Positions 37,168-46,232 of a stretch of DNA of 64,000 nt are shown here, one piece after another. Within the stretch, counting starts at the first letter, position 1; the number at the start of each line of letters is the position of its first letter. The notes under the pieces were generated by a model. It saw nothing but the letters and a program-made list of their open reading frames with translations, did not search any database and had not been told where the DNA came from. The position numbers were made by a program, and so were the translations under genes. Source of the DNA: Patescibacteria group bacterium (GTDB lineage Bacteria > Patescibacteriota > Patescibacteriia > Magasanikbacterales > UBA922); NCBI GenBank assembly GCA_018823045.1, contig JAHJIX010000002.1, positions 64,846 through 128,845 on the forward strand, written 5' to 3'.

Positions 37168-38166
37168 TTACACCCCAAGTGACCCAAAAATAAATTTCAC
37201 AATGGCATATGCACTAAACACAACCACTAAACCAAGCGCTGTCCACACCATAATCTCTTGTGCTTTTTTTTCTTTGTCAGCGTGTCCTGCCGCAGTCATC
37301 CAAAGTACACCTGCATAAATCATAAGCGCAAGTGCCACAGTACCAAGCATGCCTGTTGCCCATAAAATCATTTGCCCAATAGCTTGTGGTAAACTTTTGG
37401 CACTTAAACGATTTAATTGTTGTAATCCAGAGGCAACTTCAGAAGAAATCCCTGCAGCTTGCCCTTCTGTTGTTGGTTTTGTCGGTGTTGCTGACTCTGG
37501 TGCTTTTGTTAGCCACTCACAATTAAATAATTTTTGACCCGCTATTGATTGTCCTGTACTACTTTTACAAGTGTTTTTATGCTCTAATGTTAAAGACAAA
37601 CTTGGTATTTTACGTTTATCTGCTTTTTCTGTAGCAATGCTACAATAACATCCTTCTGCTGCACTATATGATCCGACTTCTTTTGGTGCAGTCCAACTAG
37701 AAGAATCTCTCAAACATTCAATACTTTTTATATTACAAGCCTCATAATTCCAAGTATTAGCTGTAGGTACTTCTGAATAGTTCCATACGCATAACTTTAG
37801 CGAAGGAAGCTCTATGACACTAGACATATCTTTCTTACATTTTTCATTAATAACACAATCATCATGAGTGCGTTTGCAATCTGCAGTATTCCAATTTTTT
37901 GTTTGAAAATTAAATTCACAAGGATTCAAACTATCTACATATACCACACAAATAGATTGCCCGCTATACTTCGCCAGACAACTATTCATTGCATCTTCAC
38001 ACAATTGCATATTCCAAGAACCAACCGCTGTGAGAGTGCAACCATTAATACCTAACACTGTTTTTTTACAAATATCATTATTATACTGTGCTTTCACAAC
38101 CCCAACTACCCCCATCTGCACGACAATGAGAAAAAGAAATATTGTGAGGCGGGTAGTCAGTTTCAT
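37168..38166 (-). CDS. pilin-like paralog M (large N-terminal Cys-rich ectodomain with about 22 Cys, plus C-terminal core)
   Basis: C-terminal core YAGVLWMTAAGHADKEKKA...ALGLVVVFSAYAIVKFI. Confidence 0.5.
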   Translation of the reverse strand: MKLTTRLTIFLFLIVVQMGVVGVVKAQYNNDICKKTVLGINGCTLTAVGSWNMQLCEDAMNSCLAKYSGQSICVVYVDSLNPCEFNFQTKNWNTADCKRTHDDCVINEKCKKDMSSVIELPSLKLCVWNYSEVPTANTWNYEACNIKSIECLRDSSSWTAPKEVGSYSAAEGCYCSIATEKADKRKIPSLSLTLEHKNTCKSSTGQSIAGQKLFNCEWLTKAPESATPTKPTTEGQAAGISSEVASGLQQLNRLSAKSLPQAIGQMILWATGMLGTVALALMIYAGVLWMTAAGHADKEKKAQEIMVWTALGLVVVFSAYAIVKFIFGSLGV

Positions 38167-38169
38167 AGA

Positions 38170-39042
38170 TTAAAATAAATGTGAAATTTGGTTTTTAATA
38201 TCTTTGTCTTTCATTGCAAAGTGCAATGTTGTTTTGAGCAAAGCAATTTTATTTCCGGTATCAAAATATGTTCCTTCATATTCATATGCAAGGAACTTTT
38301 TCTTTTTTGCCAGATCATCAGCAGCATCTGCCACCCAAATTTCTCCATCTTTCCCTTGCCCCTGTTTTTCTAACAGTGGCCAAATATCTTTCGTAAAAAT
38401 ATAGCGCATACCGCCAACAATTAATCCGTGAGGAGACACTTTTTTTACTGATGGTTTTTCTTTAAATTCTGTCACACGAAATGTTCTATCTTGTCTGAGT
38501 GGTTTCCCATACACATTTCCGTATTTTGTCATGGCTTCTTTATCTTCTAAACGCTGTACACCAATGACCGGGCTCCCTTGTTTTTTATATACAGAAATCA
38601 ATTGCTTAATGACAGGTGTCTTTGCGTCAATAATACTATCCCCATCTGAAAAAGCAAATGGCTCATCTCCTATAAACTCTTTTGCACAAAGCATCGCGTG
38701 ACCATTCCCAAGTGGCTGAGATTGTCTCGTATAAAAAAAACGAACTTTTTTAGATAACTCAATCAATGAATCTAGACGATCCAACTTTCCTTTTTCTTCT
38801 AATGTTTTTTCAAAATCAAAATCACGATCAAAATGATTTTCAATCGCATCTTTTTGTGCACTGGTGACAAAAATAATTTCTTTAATACCACTTGCCGCCA
38901 TTTCTTCAACAATATATTGCACTACCGGTTTATCGAGCACAGGCAACATTTCTTTTGGCATAGCTTTTGTTGCAGGTAAAAAACGAGTCCCCATTCCTGC
39001 TACAAGAATAATCCCCTTTCGTACCGGACGAGTCTTTGCCAT
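38170..39042 (-). CDS. galU: UTP--glucose-1-phosphate uridylyltransferase
   Basis: LVAGMGTRFLPATKAMPKEMLPV signature. About 290 aa. Confidence 0.85.
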   Translation of the reverse strand: MAKTRPVRKGIILVAGMGTRFLPATKAMPKEMLPVLDKPVVQYIVEEMAASGIKEIIFVTSAQKDAIENHFDRDFDFEKTLEEKGKLDRLDSLIELSKKVRFFYTRQSQPLGNGHAMLCAKEFIGDEPFAFSDGDSIIDAKTPVIKQLISVYKKQGSPVIGVQRLEDKEAMTKYGNVYGKPLRQDRTFRVTEFKEKPSVKKVSPHGLIVGGMRYIFTKDIWPLLEKQGQGKDGEIWVADAADDLAKKKKFLAYEYEGTYFDTGNKIALLKTTLHFAMKDKDIKNQISHLF

Positions 39043-39114
39043 ATGTCTATGCAATTTAAAAATATAGATAATCTAATATCAGTATACCATTTACGAACAA
39101 AAAAACCAATATAT

Positions 39115-39570
39115 TTATATACTTTCAAGCAATGCTTCTACTTTTTTTTCTGCCTCTGCTTGAATCTCTTTCGTCATAACACCTCCATGCATCTTTGCTA
39201 ACTCTTGTGCATGTGCCGCAACGAGCTCCCCTCGCATAAGTATTAATTCTTTTTTATGTGTTGCAATTTGTTTTTTTAAAGCATCTGCTCGTGCTTGATC
39301 TTGCACAGAAGCGGTATCATCATCTCCGTCAACCAACTGTAATTGCTGACGAATCTTTCTAATCACCTGCCGCACTTGCGCTATGTGAATAAGAATACTT
39401 TGCATCTGCTTTGTACCTGTTTGCACTTCTTTTACGAGATATTCTGCCCGTTCACGCATGGCAGCTGCTCGTGCTTCTGGATCAAGCTCTCCTGATTTTT
39501 CTGTTTCTTTTACTTCATAACTTCTTTCTTTTTCTGTTGTAGAAATTTTAAATTCTTGATTTTCAGCCAT
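39115..39570 (-). CDS. hypothetical coiled-coil protein
   Basis: 151 aa, charged, heptad-like. No motif recognised. Confidence 0.4.
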   Translation of the reverse strand: MAENQEFKISTTEKERSYEVKETEKSGELDPEARAAAMRERAEYLVKEVQTGTKQMQSILIHIAQVRQVIRKIRQQLQLVDGDDDTASVQDQARADALKKQIATHKKELILMRGELVAAHAQELAKMHGGVMTKEIQAEAEKKVEALLESI

Positions 39571-39653
39571 ATAATTTTTCTATTAACATTACTCCTCATA
39601 CTATAACAAAAAAACACTCACGATGAAAGTGAGTGTTTTTTATATGTTGTTTG

Positions 39654-39875
39654 TTATTTTGGAATGAATGCGATAAGTCCAGCAATACGTGCTTGTTTAA
39701 TTGCTCGTGATGCTTGACGTTGATGTTTCGCACAGAGTCCTGAACGACGACGTGGTGCAATCTTCAAAAATGAAGAAATGAATTGACGAAGTGTCTTTAC
39801 ATCTTTATAATCAACCGTTTTAATGTTGTTAGAACAAAGGCGGCACACACGTGCTTTATTTATTTTTTTTGCCAT
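39654..39875 (-). CDS. rpsR: 30S ribosomal protein S18
   Basis: CRLC...RRRSGLCAKHQRQ...ARIAGL. 73 aa. Confidence 0.85.
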   Translation of the reverse strand: MAKKINKARVCRLCSNNIKTVDYKDVKTLRQFISSFLKIAPRRRSGLCAKHQRQASRAIKQARIAGLIAFIPK

Positions 39876-39881
39876 AGAATT

Positions 39882-40325
39882 TTAGAATGGAATATCTTCT
39901 ACTTTTATCTCATCATCACTAACTGGCGCTGGAGGTGCTTGTGGCATTGGTGCGGCATTATTTCCACCAGCTTGTGGTGCTTCTGCTCCAAGAGGACCAT
40001 CAAGCATAATCAGGTTATCCACAACGATTTCTGTCCGATATCGTTTTACACCATCTTGCCCAACCCAATCACGTGTTTCAATACGTCCTTCAACGTATAC
40101 GCGTCTTCCTTTTGAAAGATACTGAGAAGCTATATCTGCAAGTTTTGCCCATAATACACAATTATGGAATTCTCCTCGCTCTTGCTTCACACCATTTTGG
40201 TCTTTCCACACACGATTTGTCACCACTGTAAGTGATGCAACATTTTGTCCTGAAGTCGTTGTTCGAACTTCTGGATCACGGGTAAGTCTCCCCAAGAGGG
40301 TCGCTCGATTTAAGTCCATTGCCAT
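39882..40325 (-). CDS. ssb: single-stranded DNA-binding protein
   Basis: OB-fold N-terminus LLGRLTRDPEVR. Gly/Pro-rich linker. Acidic tail DDEIKVEDIPF. Confidence 0.85.
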   Translation of the reverse strand: MAMDLNRATLLGRLTRDPEVRTTTSGQNVASLTVVTNRVWKDQNGVKQERGEFHNCVLWAKLADIASQYLSKGRRVYVEGRIETRDWVGQDGVKRYRTEIVVDNLIMLDGPLGAEAPQAGGNNAAPMPQAPPAPVSDDEIKVEDIPF

Positions 40326-40345
40326 AGTGATTTGATAAAATTAAA

Positions 40346-40969
40346 TTAAATGTTTGCAATACTTTGATCAAGTATTTCATCAAGTTTTTTATCAATGTCG
40401 TCCATGTCTATCTTTCCTCTTGCTTCTTCAACTTTTTCAGTTTTTTCAGCTTTTTTAACAGGAACAACTTCTTCCTTTTCTTCTTTTGGTGCTTCTTCAA
40501 CTTTTTTCTCTGAAGCAGGTGCAGCAACTTCTTTTACTACTTCCTTTTTTACTTCAGAAACTTTTTTTTCTTTTTTTATTGGTGCAACAACTGCTTGAAC
40601 ATGATCACTTTTATGTTGTACCGCTTGTTCTTGCTGTTCTTTCATTTCTGATTGTCTTTCTTCTAAAGTTACTTTTGTTCGTGGATTATACAAACGAACA
40701 ATAGCACGAAGAAGATCAGGAATAATACGTAATTTTCCTTGAATACCTGAAACTGCTTTCGGTTCAACGCTAAATGTAACAAGATAGAAATATCCATAAC
40801 GGATATGTTTCATTGGGTAAGCAAGACGGCTTTTCCCCATATCTTCTACTTTGATACCTGTTGCACCAGCACCAAGAACAACTTGCTCTACTGATGCTAT
40901 TTTCCCTGGTAACTCGTCTTCTCCGAGTGTCCCTGGAAAAATGCAGAGTAATTCATAATGCTTACTCAT
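40346..40969 (-). CDS. rpsF: 30S ribosomal protein S6 with a long Lys/Glu/Val-rich C-terminal extension
   Basis: MSKHYELLCIFPG...RLAYPMKHIRYGYFYL core, then about 110 aa of KE-rich tail. The ORF track extends to 41047; the start is chosen at MSKHYEL. Confidence 0.8.
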   Translation of the reverse strand: MSKHYELLCIFPGTLGEDELPGKIASVEQVVLGAGATGIKVEDMGKSRLAYPMKHIRYGYFYLVTFSVEPKAVSGIQGKLRIIPDLLRAIVRLYNPRTKVTLEERQSEMKEQQEQAVQHKSDHVQAVVAPIKKEKKVSEVKKEVVKEVAAPASEKKVEEAPKEEKEEVVPVKKAEKTEKVEEARGKIDMDDIDKKLDEILDQSIANI

Positions 40970-41139
40970 AACAATATATACTAAATTATATAAATAAGGA
41001 TCGACTAAGAGCCTGTTTCTCGCTATAAAAAAAGCTCTCAAATCCAAAGGCGATTATATGCGCTTACTATAGCAATTTTTTTTTAAATTGTCAAGGAATA
41101 ACCTTTCCTATTTATTCTATTCCCTATTCACCCTAAATT

Positions 41140-41829
41140 ATGCTATACTATGAAGGATTATTTATCCTCTTTATGTCAAAAATATTTTATCCGCTTATTT
41201 GCCTTATTTGTAGCATTATTCCTCTGCAACTCCATGCAGCAATGACTGGCGGTGATTTTGAAATCTATGCGGATGTCTTTTCTACCATAGAAGAGCATGT
41301 TGTCAGTGGTGGAGATTATGACTTATATGGAACATCGGGTGAATTTGGCACAGAAATGCCTTCTGGTGGTGATTATGTCTTACGTGCAGGATTTCAAGCT
41401 ATGGAAAGAGAATCTTTATCACTCACACTTGATAAAAATGCCATTGATTTAGGCGCACTAACTTCTGATGCTATTTCTTCAGATACATTGACCTGCACAG
41501 TCACTACTGATGCTATTTCTGGCTATAACATTACTATTTCTGAAGACACTGATCTACAAACAGGCACAGGCCTTGAAATTGATGATGTTATTGATGGTGA
41601 AGTAACAGCAGGTTCAGAAGAATATGGTATAAAAACAGCAGGCACCGCAGGACAATATAATGCCGCTGACACAGCGATATTAAGCACAACAAAAATTATT
41701 GCGCAACAAGTTGGTGCCGTTTCAAGCCAAGACACCGGAGTCATCTTCCGTGCTGCAGCTGATGCTGCTGCAACAGAGGCAGGAAACTATAGTCACACGG
41801 TCACATTTACTGCGACCATTAATTTATAG
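41140..41829 (+). CDS. hypothetical secreted protein
   Basis: Signal-peptide-like N-terminus. Internal GGDY(D/V)L repeats. Confidence 0.4.
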   Translation: MLYYEGLFILFMSKIFYPLICLICSIIPLQLHAAMTGGDFEIYADVFSTIEEHVVSGGDYDLYGTSGEFGTEMPSGGDYVLRAGFQAMERESLSLTLDKNAIDLGALTSDAISSDTLTCTVTTDAISGYNITISEDTDLQTGTGLEIDDVIDGEVTAGSEEYGIKTAGTAGQYNAADTAILSTTKIIAQQVGAVSSQDTGVIFRAAADAAATEAGNYSHTVTFTATINL

Positions 41830-41832
41830 GCT

Positions 41833-42699
41833 ATGAAACATTTATCACCTCTTTATCAACTATCTCTTGGCTTGCTTTGTGTATTAGCCTGTTTTTTTTA
41901 TCCACAGGATACCCAAGCACTCAGTATTACACCTGCCAGACAAACAGCGATTGTTGATGCCAGCGGAGCAACAATTGTTCCACTTTTCATTACAAATAAC
42001 ACAACAAAAAGTATTGTTGTTCTGCCAACAGTAGAAGCTTTTACCATCGAAGATACCACCCAAACTATTTTATGGAATAAAACAGACCCTGCAATTTCTT
42101 GGGTGACAACACCGGTAAAAAAAAGTCAACTTGATCCAGGAGAAAGCATTCAAGTAAATTTTACAGTAACAATACCCAGCAGTACACCACCAGGTGCACA
42201 CTATTTAGGTCTTTTTGCACAAGAGTTTAGCTATGATGGCCAAGTAGCGGTAAACTCTCGTGTTGCTTCTCTTTTTTTCTTACATGTCGCAGGCCCAGTA
42301 TATGAAACAGTGCAACTTGAAGAAATAAACACTCCACATATTTCTTTTACAAAAAATACCCAACTCAACATCCGCCTAAACAATATCGGTAACATGCATG
42401 TCTTCCCTACTATAGATATTAAACAACGCTCTCTCGGATCAAAACAAGAACTTGTTTTTGAAGAAACACATATTCCTTTTTTAGCAAAGACACAAAAAAA
42501 TAGCATATACACTATTCCACTCACCTGGAAAGACATTGGTAAAAATACTCTTGCATTAGATATCGAATATGGAGCAACAAACAAGCATATCACCAGAAAC
42601 ATATCTCTTTGGTATCTTCCCATTCCTTTTATTAGCGTATTCATTATTATTTTTATCAGTATATTGCTTTTCTTTATAAAAAAGACTCGTTCATCCTAA
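41833..42699 (+). CDS. hypothetical cell-surface protein with C-terminal TM anchor
   Basis: Signal peptide. C-terminal LPIPFISVFIIIFISILLFFIKK. Confidence 0.4.
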   Translation: MKHLSPLYQLSLGLLCVLACFFYPQDTQALSITPARQTAIVDASGATIVPLFITNNTTKSIVVLPTVEAFTIEDTTQTILWNKTDPAISWVTTPVKKSQLDPGESIQVNFTVTIPSSTPPGAHYLGLFAQEFSYDGQVAVNSRVASLFFLHVAGPVYETVQLEEINTPHISFTKNTQLNIRLNNIGNMHVFPTIDIKQRSLGSKQELVFEETHIPFLAKTQKNSIYTIPLTWKDIGKNTLALDIEYGATNKHITRNISLWYLPIPFISVFIIIFISILLFFIKKTRSS

Positions 42700-42709
42700 T
42701 TTTTTCTCT

Positions 42710-45700
42710 ATGAGATTTTCTCGCATATCTATTTTTCTTTTAGGTGTTATTGTCAGCTCACTGTGTTTTTTGGGCATGCAATATGCTCTAGCAGAAGATA
42801 TTAACGTTACTGTTACAGTCGAAACAGCAATACTCTGCGGAAATGGAACAATCGATGGAGGGGAAACCTGTGATGGAACGAACTTTGGTGCCGAGACCTG
42901 TGTCACACAAGGGTTTGATACCGGCAGTCTTACTTGTTCAGCAGGCTGTCTTATCGAAACAACATCTTGTTCAAATAATACTGGTGGAGGAGGCGGTGAC
43001 TATATTGCTCCAGTTGTCATTATTACAAGTACAGCAACCACACAAACAACCGCTAACGTCGACTGGACAGCCACCGATAATAGTGGGGTTATCCAAGCAT
43101 GTAGCTTTGAGTATGGCACAACTATTGCCCTTGGAACCATTGCTCCTCAGGTTGATCGTGTATTAAATGTATTTGATACTGCTCTTGGCGGTCTCACACC
43201 AGATACAACATACTTTTTTGAAATTGATTGTGTTGATCCTTCAGGAAACCACGGCACTGCACAAGGAACATTCTTAACAACACCGACTGTCTCCCCCGCC
43301 TGCGGAGATGGAATACATGATAGCTTTTCAGAAGAATGTGACGATGGAAATCTTATAAATGGTGATGGTTGCTCTGCAACCTGTACTATTGAAGGACGCA
43401 TTCCTATCTGTGGAGATGGAATTATTGATGGTGTCATTTTTGGAATAGAAGAATGTGATGATGGAAATGTTCAAGATGGTGATGGCTGTTCTGCAATTTG
43501 TCTTCTAGAAGGAGCAGGACCAATCTGTGGAAATGCCATTTTAGAAATAGGAGAAACCTGTGATGATGGAAACCTTATAGATGGTGACGGATGCACTGCC
43601 ACCTGTTTAGCTGAAATTGGCCCAGGAGAAGAAGGATGTGGAGATGGTATTATTCAACTCGGAGAAACCTGCGACGATGGAAATATACTAAATGGAGATG
43701 GGTGTTCTGCAATTTGTCTTCTAGAAGGAGCAGGACCAATCTGTGGAAATGCCATTTTAGAAATAGGAGAAACCTGTGATGATGGAAACCTTATAAATGG
43801 TGACGGATGTACTGCCACCTGTTTAGCTGAAAGTGGCCCACCTGGCGGTGGAGATAGCATCTGTGGAAACGCCGTACTTGAAGCAGGTGAGATGTGTGAC
43901 GATGGAAACACAAACAACGGAGATGGATGCTCTGCTACTTGTTTAAATGAGCAAGGCCCACCCGGTGGTGGAAATAACAATTGTGGAAACACACTCCTTG
44001 AAGGCGGCGAAGAATGTGATGATGGAAATACACTAAATGGAGATGGGTGTTCTGCCATGTGTCTTCTTGAAGGAATACTTCCTCCAGCCCCTGGAGAAGA
44101 ACTCGAACTGAGAGACTTTGCCTTTTGGCTTTCTCAAAGAACAATTGGGACAACACTTACTCCTGAAGATGAATTAGTGAGTCTTGCAGGAGATATTGTT
44201 ACTATTAGTGTTGCCGAACAAGATCTTTCATTTCGTGTCATTGAAGACATGCATTTAACAGTTGATGGTGCGTCATATCCATTCTTTTATCAAGAGGCAG
44301 ATGGACGCTACTATGCTGATGCATTTATGCCAATTATACCAAATTCATACCCAACAGTTATTGTCGTTGACTATGAAGGTGGTGTCCGTGATATTGTTCG
44401 CTTAACGTTTGACAGTCTTCCATTTGGACAAACAACGGATCAAGTAACTGGAAATATTTTGCCACAAGTACAGATTGAAATATATGAAGAAGCTCAACAA
44501 AACCTTTGGCAAGCCCCAATTTTTAAACAAATCAATCCTGTACAAGTACGAAATGATGGAACGTATGGATTTGTTGTTCCAAATGGAACATATAAAATTG
44601 TCGCCTTACGTGACGGATATAATAAAAAAGAAACACCCTTTTTCCAAGTAAATAATCATGTTATTAATGAACAATTAACACTCCTTGAACTTCTCCCCGA
44701 AGACGCAACAGCAGTAGAACGTATTGGACATAGCTTTGAACAAGGAAAAGAATTAGTAGCAAATACCTTATTTGCAATTGAAAACATTACAAATAACCCT
44801 ACAGTTGAACAAGTTGCTGAACAAATTGTTCCTCCAGTATCAACCGCTCTTGTTGCCGTAGCACTCCTTCCTTCACTTTGGAATTTACTTGGAACAATAT
44901 TCCGTTTTCTCTTTTTGCAACCGTTTCTCTTCTTTGGAAAAAAGAAAAGAAAAGCATGGGGATTGGTGTATAATAGTTTAAATAAACTTCCAATTGATTT
45001 AGCAACCGTTCGTTTGCTTGACGCAAAAACACAACATATTATTCAATCACGAGTCACTGATGAAGATGGTCGTTTCTTATTTGTTGTTCCAGCAGGAGTG
45101 TATCGTATTGAAGTACGCAAACCTGGATTTGTATGTCCTTCCAAACTAGTTACCGTAGAAACAGATGGAGATTTACTTGATATTTACCACGGAGAACAAA
45201 TTACCGTTGAAGAAGAAACACGTATCACCCCAAACATTCCAATTGATCCTGAAGATGCCAAAGAAACTCCATCAAGAATTGCATGGAATAAGCGATTTTT
45301 GATACTACAATACACACTCTCTATTATTGGAATTTTAGGATCAATTATTGCCTTTTATATAGCACCAGGTATGCTCACTGCAATATTTATTCTCATTCAC
45401 ATTCTCTTGTTCTTAATATTCCTTCGATTTATTTATCCACCAAAACCAGAAAGTTGGGGAATTGTATACGATCAAGACAATCATAAACCAGTCGGAAAAG
45501 CAGTCCTTCGACTATTTAATCATGAATATAACCGTTTAGTATCAACACGAATGACCGATTCAAGAGGAAGGTATTCTATGCTCTTAGGAGCAAGTACCTA
45601 TCACTTTACCGTAGAAAAAGATGGGTATACTGTTTACACCAGTGATCCGATTAAAGTAAATACTGTTGATAAAGAAGGTATACTTACGCAACATGTTCCA

Positions 45701-45718
45701 CTAAAAAAAAATAACTAA
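42710..45718 (+). CDS. large surface protein with about 7 Cys-rich repeats (CGxGxxxxGExCDDGNxxxGDGCSxxC, Myxococcus-type), about 3 carboxypeptidase-regulatory-like beta-sandwich domains and C-terminal TM helices
   Basis: Signal peptide MRFSRISIFLLGVIVSSLCFLGMQYALA. Repeat motif read directly. GRFLFVVPAGVYRIEV-type beta-sandwich signatures. Confidence 0.65.
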   Translation: MRFSRISIFLLGVIVSSLCFLGMQYALAEDINVTVTVETAILCGNGTIDGGETCDGTNFGAETCVTQGFDTGSLTCSAGCLIETTSCSNNTGGGGGDYIAPVVIITSTATTQTTANVDWTATDNSGVIQACSFEYGTTIALGTIAPQVDRVLNVFDTALGGLTPDTTYFFEIDCVDPSGNHGTAQGTFLTTPTVSPACGDGIHDSFSEECDDGNLINGDGCSATCTIEGRIPICGDGIIDGVIFGIEECDDGNVQDGDGCSAICLLEGAGPICGNAILEIGETCDDGNLIDGDGCTATCLAEIGPGEEGCGDGIIQLGETCDDGNILNGDGCSAICLLEGAGPICGNAILEIGETCDDGNLINGDGCTATCLAESGPPGGGDSICGNAVLEAGEMCDDGNTNNGDGCSATCLNEQGPPGGGNNNCGNTLLEGGEECDDGNTLNGDGCSAMCLLEGILPPAPGEELELRDFAFWLSQRTIGTTLTPEDELVSLAGDIVTISVAEQDLSFRVIEDMHLTVDGASYPFFYQEADGRYYADAFMPIIPNSYPTVIVVDYEGGVRDIVRLTFDSLPFGQTTDQVTGNILPQVQIEIYEEAQQNLWQAPIFKQINPVQVRNDGTYGFVVPNGTYKIVALRDGYNKKETPFFQVNNHVINEQLTLLELLPEDATAVERIGHSFEQGKELVANTLFAIENITNNPTVEQVAEQIVPPVSTALVAVALLPSLWNLLGTIFRFLFLQPFLFFGKKKRKAWGLVYNSLNKLPIDLATVRLLDAKTQHIIQSRVTDEDGRFLFVVPAGVYRIEVRKPGFVCPSKLVTVETDGDLLDIYHGEQITVEEETRITPNIPIDPEDAKETPSRIAWNKRFLILQYTLSIIGILGSIIAFYIAPGMLTAIFILIHILLFLIFLRFIYPPKPESWGIVYDQDNHKPVGKAVLRLFNHEYNRLVSTRMTDSRGRYSMLLGASTYHFTVEKDGYTVYTSDPIKVNTVDKEGILTQHVPLKKNN
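43487..43832 (+). repeat. intragenic tandem duplication (two about 130-bp near-identical units, period 216 bp)
   Basis: 43487..43616 versus 43703..43832 differ at about 4 positions. Confidence 0.7.
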
Positions 45719-45774
45719 CAAAGAAAAAGAAGTAGCAATATGCTACTTCTTTTTTAAACAACAAAACAGTCCCC

Positions 45775-46104
45775 TTAACGAATGGTTTGTTGATATGCGT
45801 AAAAACCACCTGTTAAATTAGAGGCTTTTGTATAACCTAACTGACGTAATATCTGTACAGCTACACGAGATCGTCCGCCTGTTGCACAACAAAGTACAAC
45901 GGGCATACCTTTATTTGGAACAACCTTACTAATACGCTCTTGAATATTTGCAAGTGGAATATTAATAGATCCATCAATATGTCCCGCATTCCACTCTCCT
46001 GTTTCTCGTACATCAACAATAACAGGAGCTTCCTGTTTACTATTCATTGCTTCTTGCAATTCTTGACAAGAAATAACAGGCGTTCGTGATAAAAAAGAAA
46101 ACAT
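45775..46104 (-). CDS. rhodanese-domain sulfurtransferase
   Basis: Active-site loop CCATGGRS. 109 aa. Confidence 0.7.
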   Translation of the reverse strand: MFSFLSRTPVISCQELQEAMNSKQEAPVIVDVRETGEWNAGHIDGSINIPLANIQERISKVVPNKGMPVVLCCATGGRSRVAVQILRQLGYTKASNLTGGFYAYQQTIR

Positions 46105-46232
46105 ACTACTGACATAAAAATAATATATATAGTATACGTGATTTTAACTCCTGTGTACAAGTTTTGTTGGTAAAAATAATGGATGTACGCTATAATGTAC
46201 ATATGTACAATTTAACTTCTAAGGAGGAACAT

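Noticed and set aside
29094-38166. Calling the array proteins type IV pilins (PilA-like) that would be substrates of the nearby PilB ATPase
   Set aside because: None has the class III prepilin leader (short basic leader, G-1, F+1, E+5). They have ordinary long signal peptides and two hydrophobic helices, so they are not T4P pilins.
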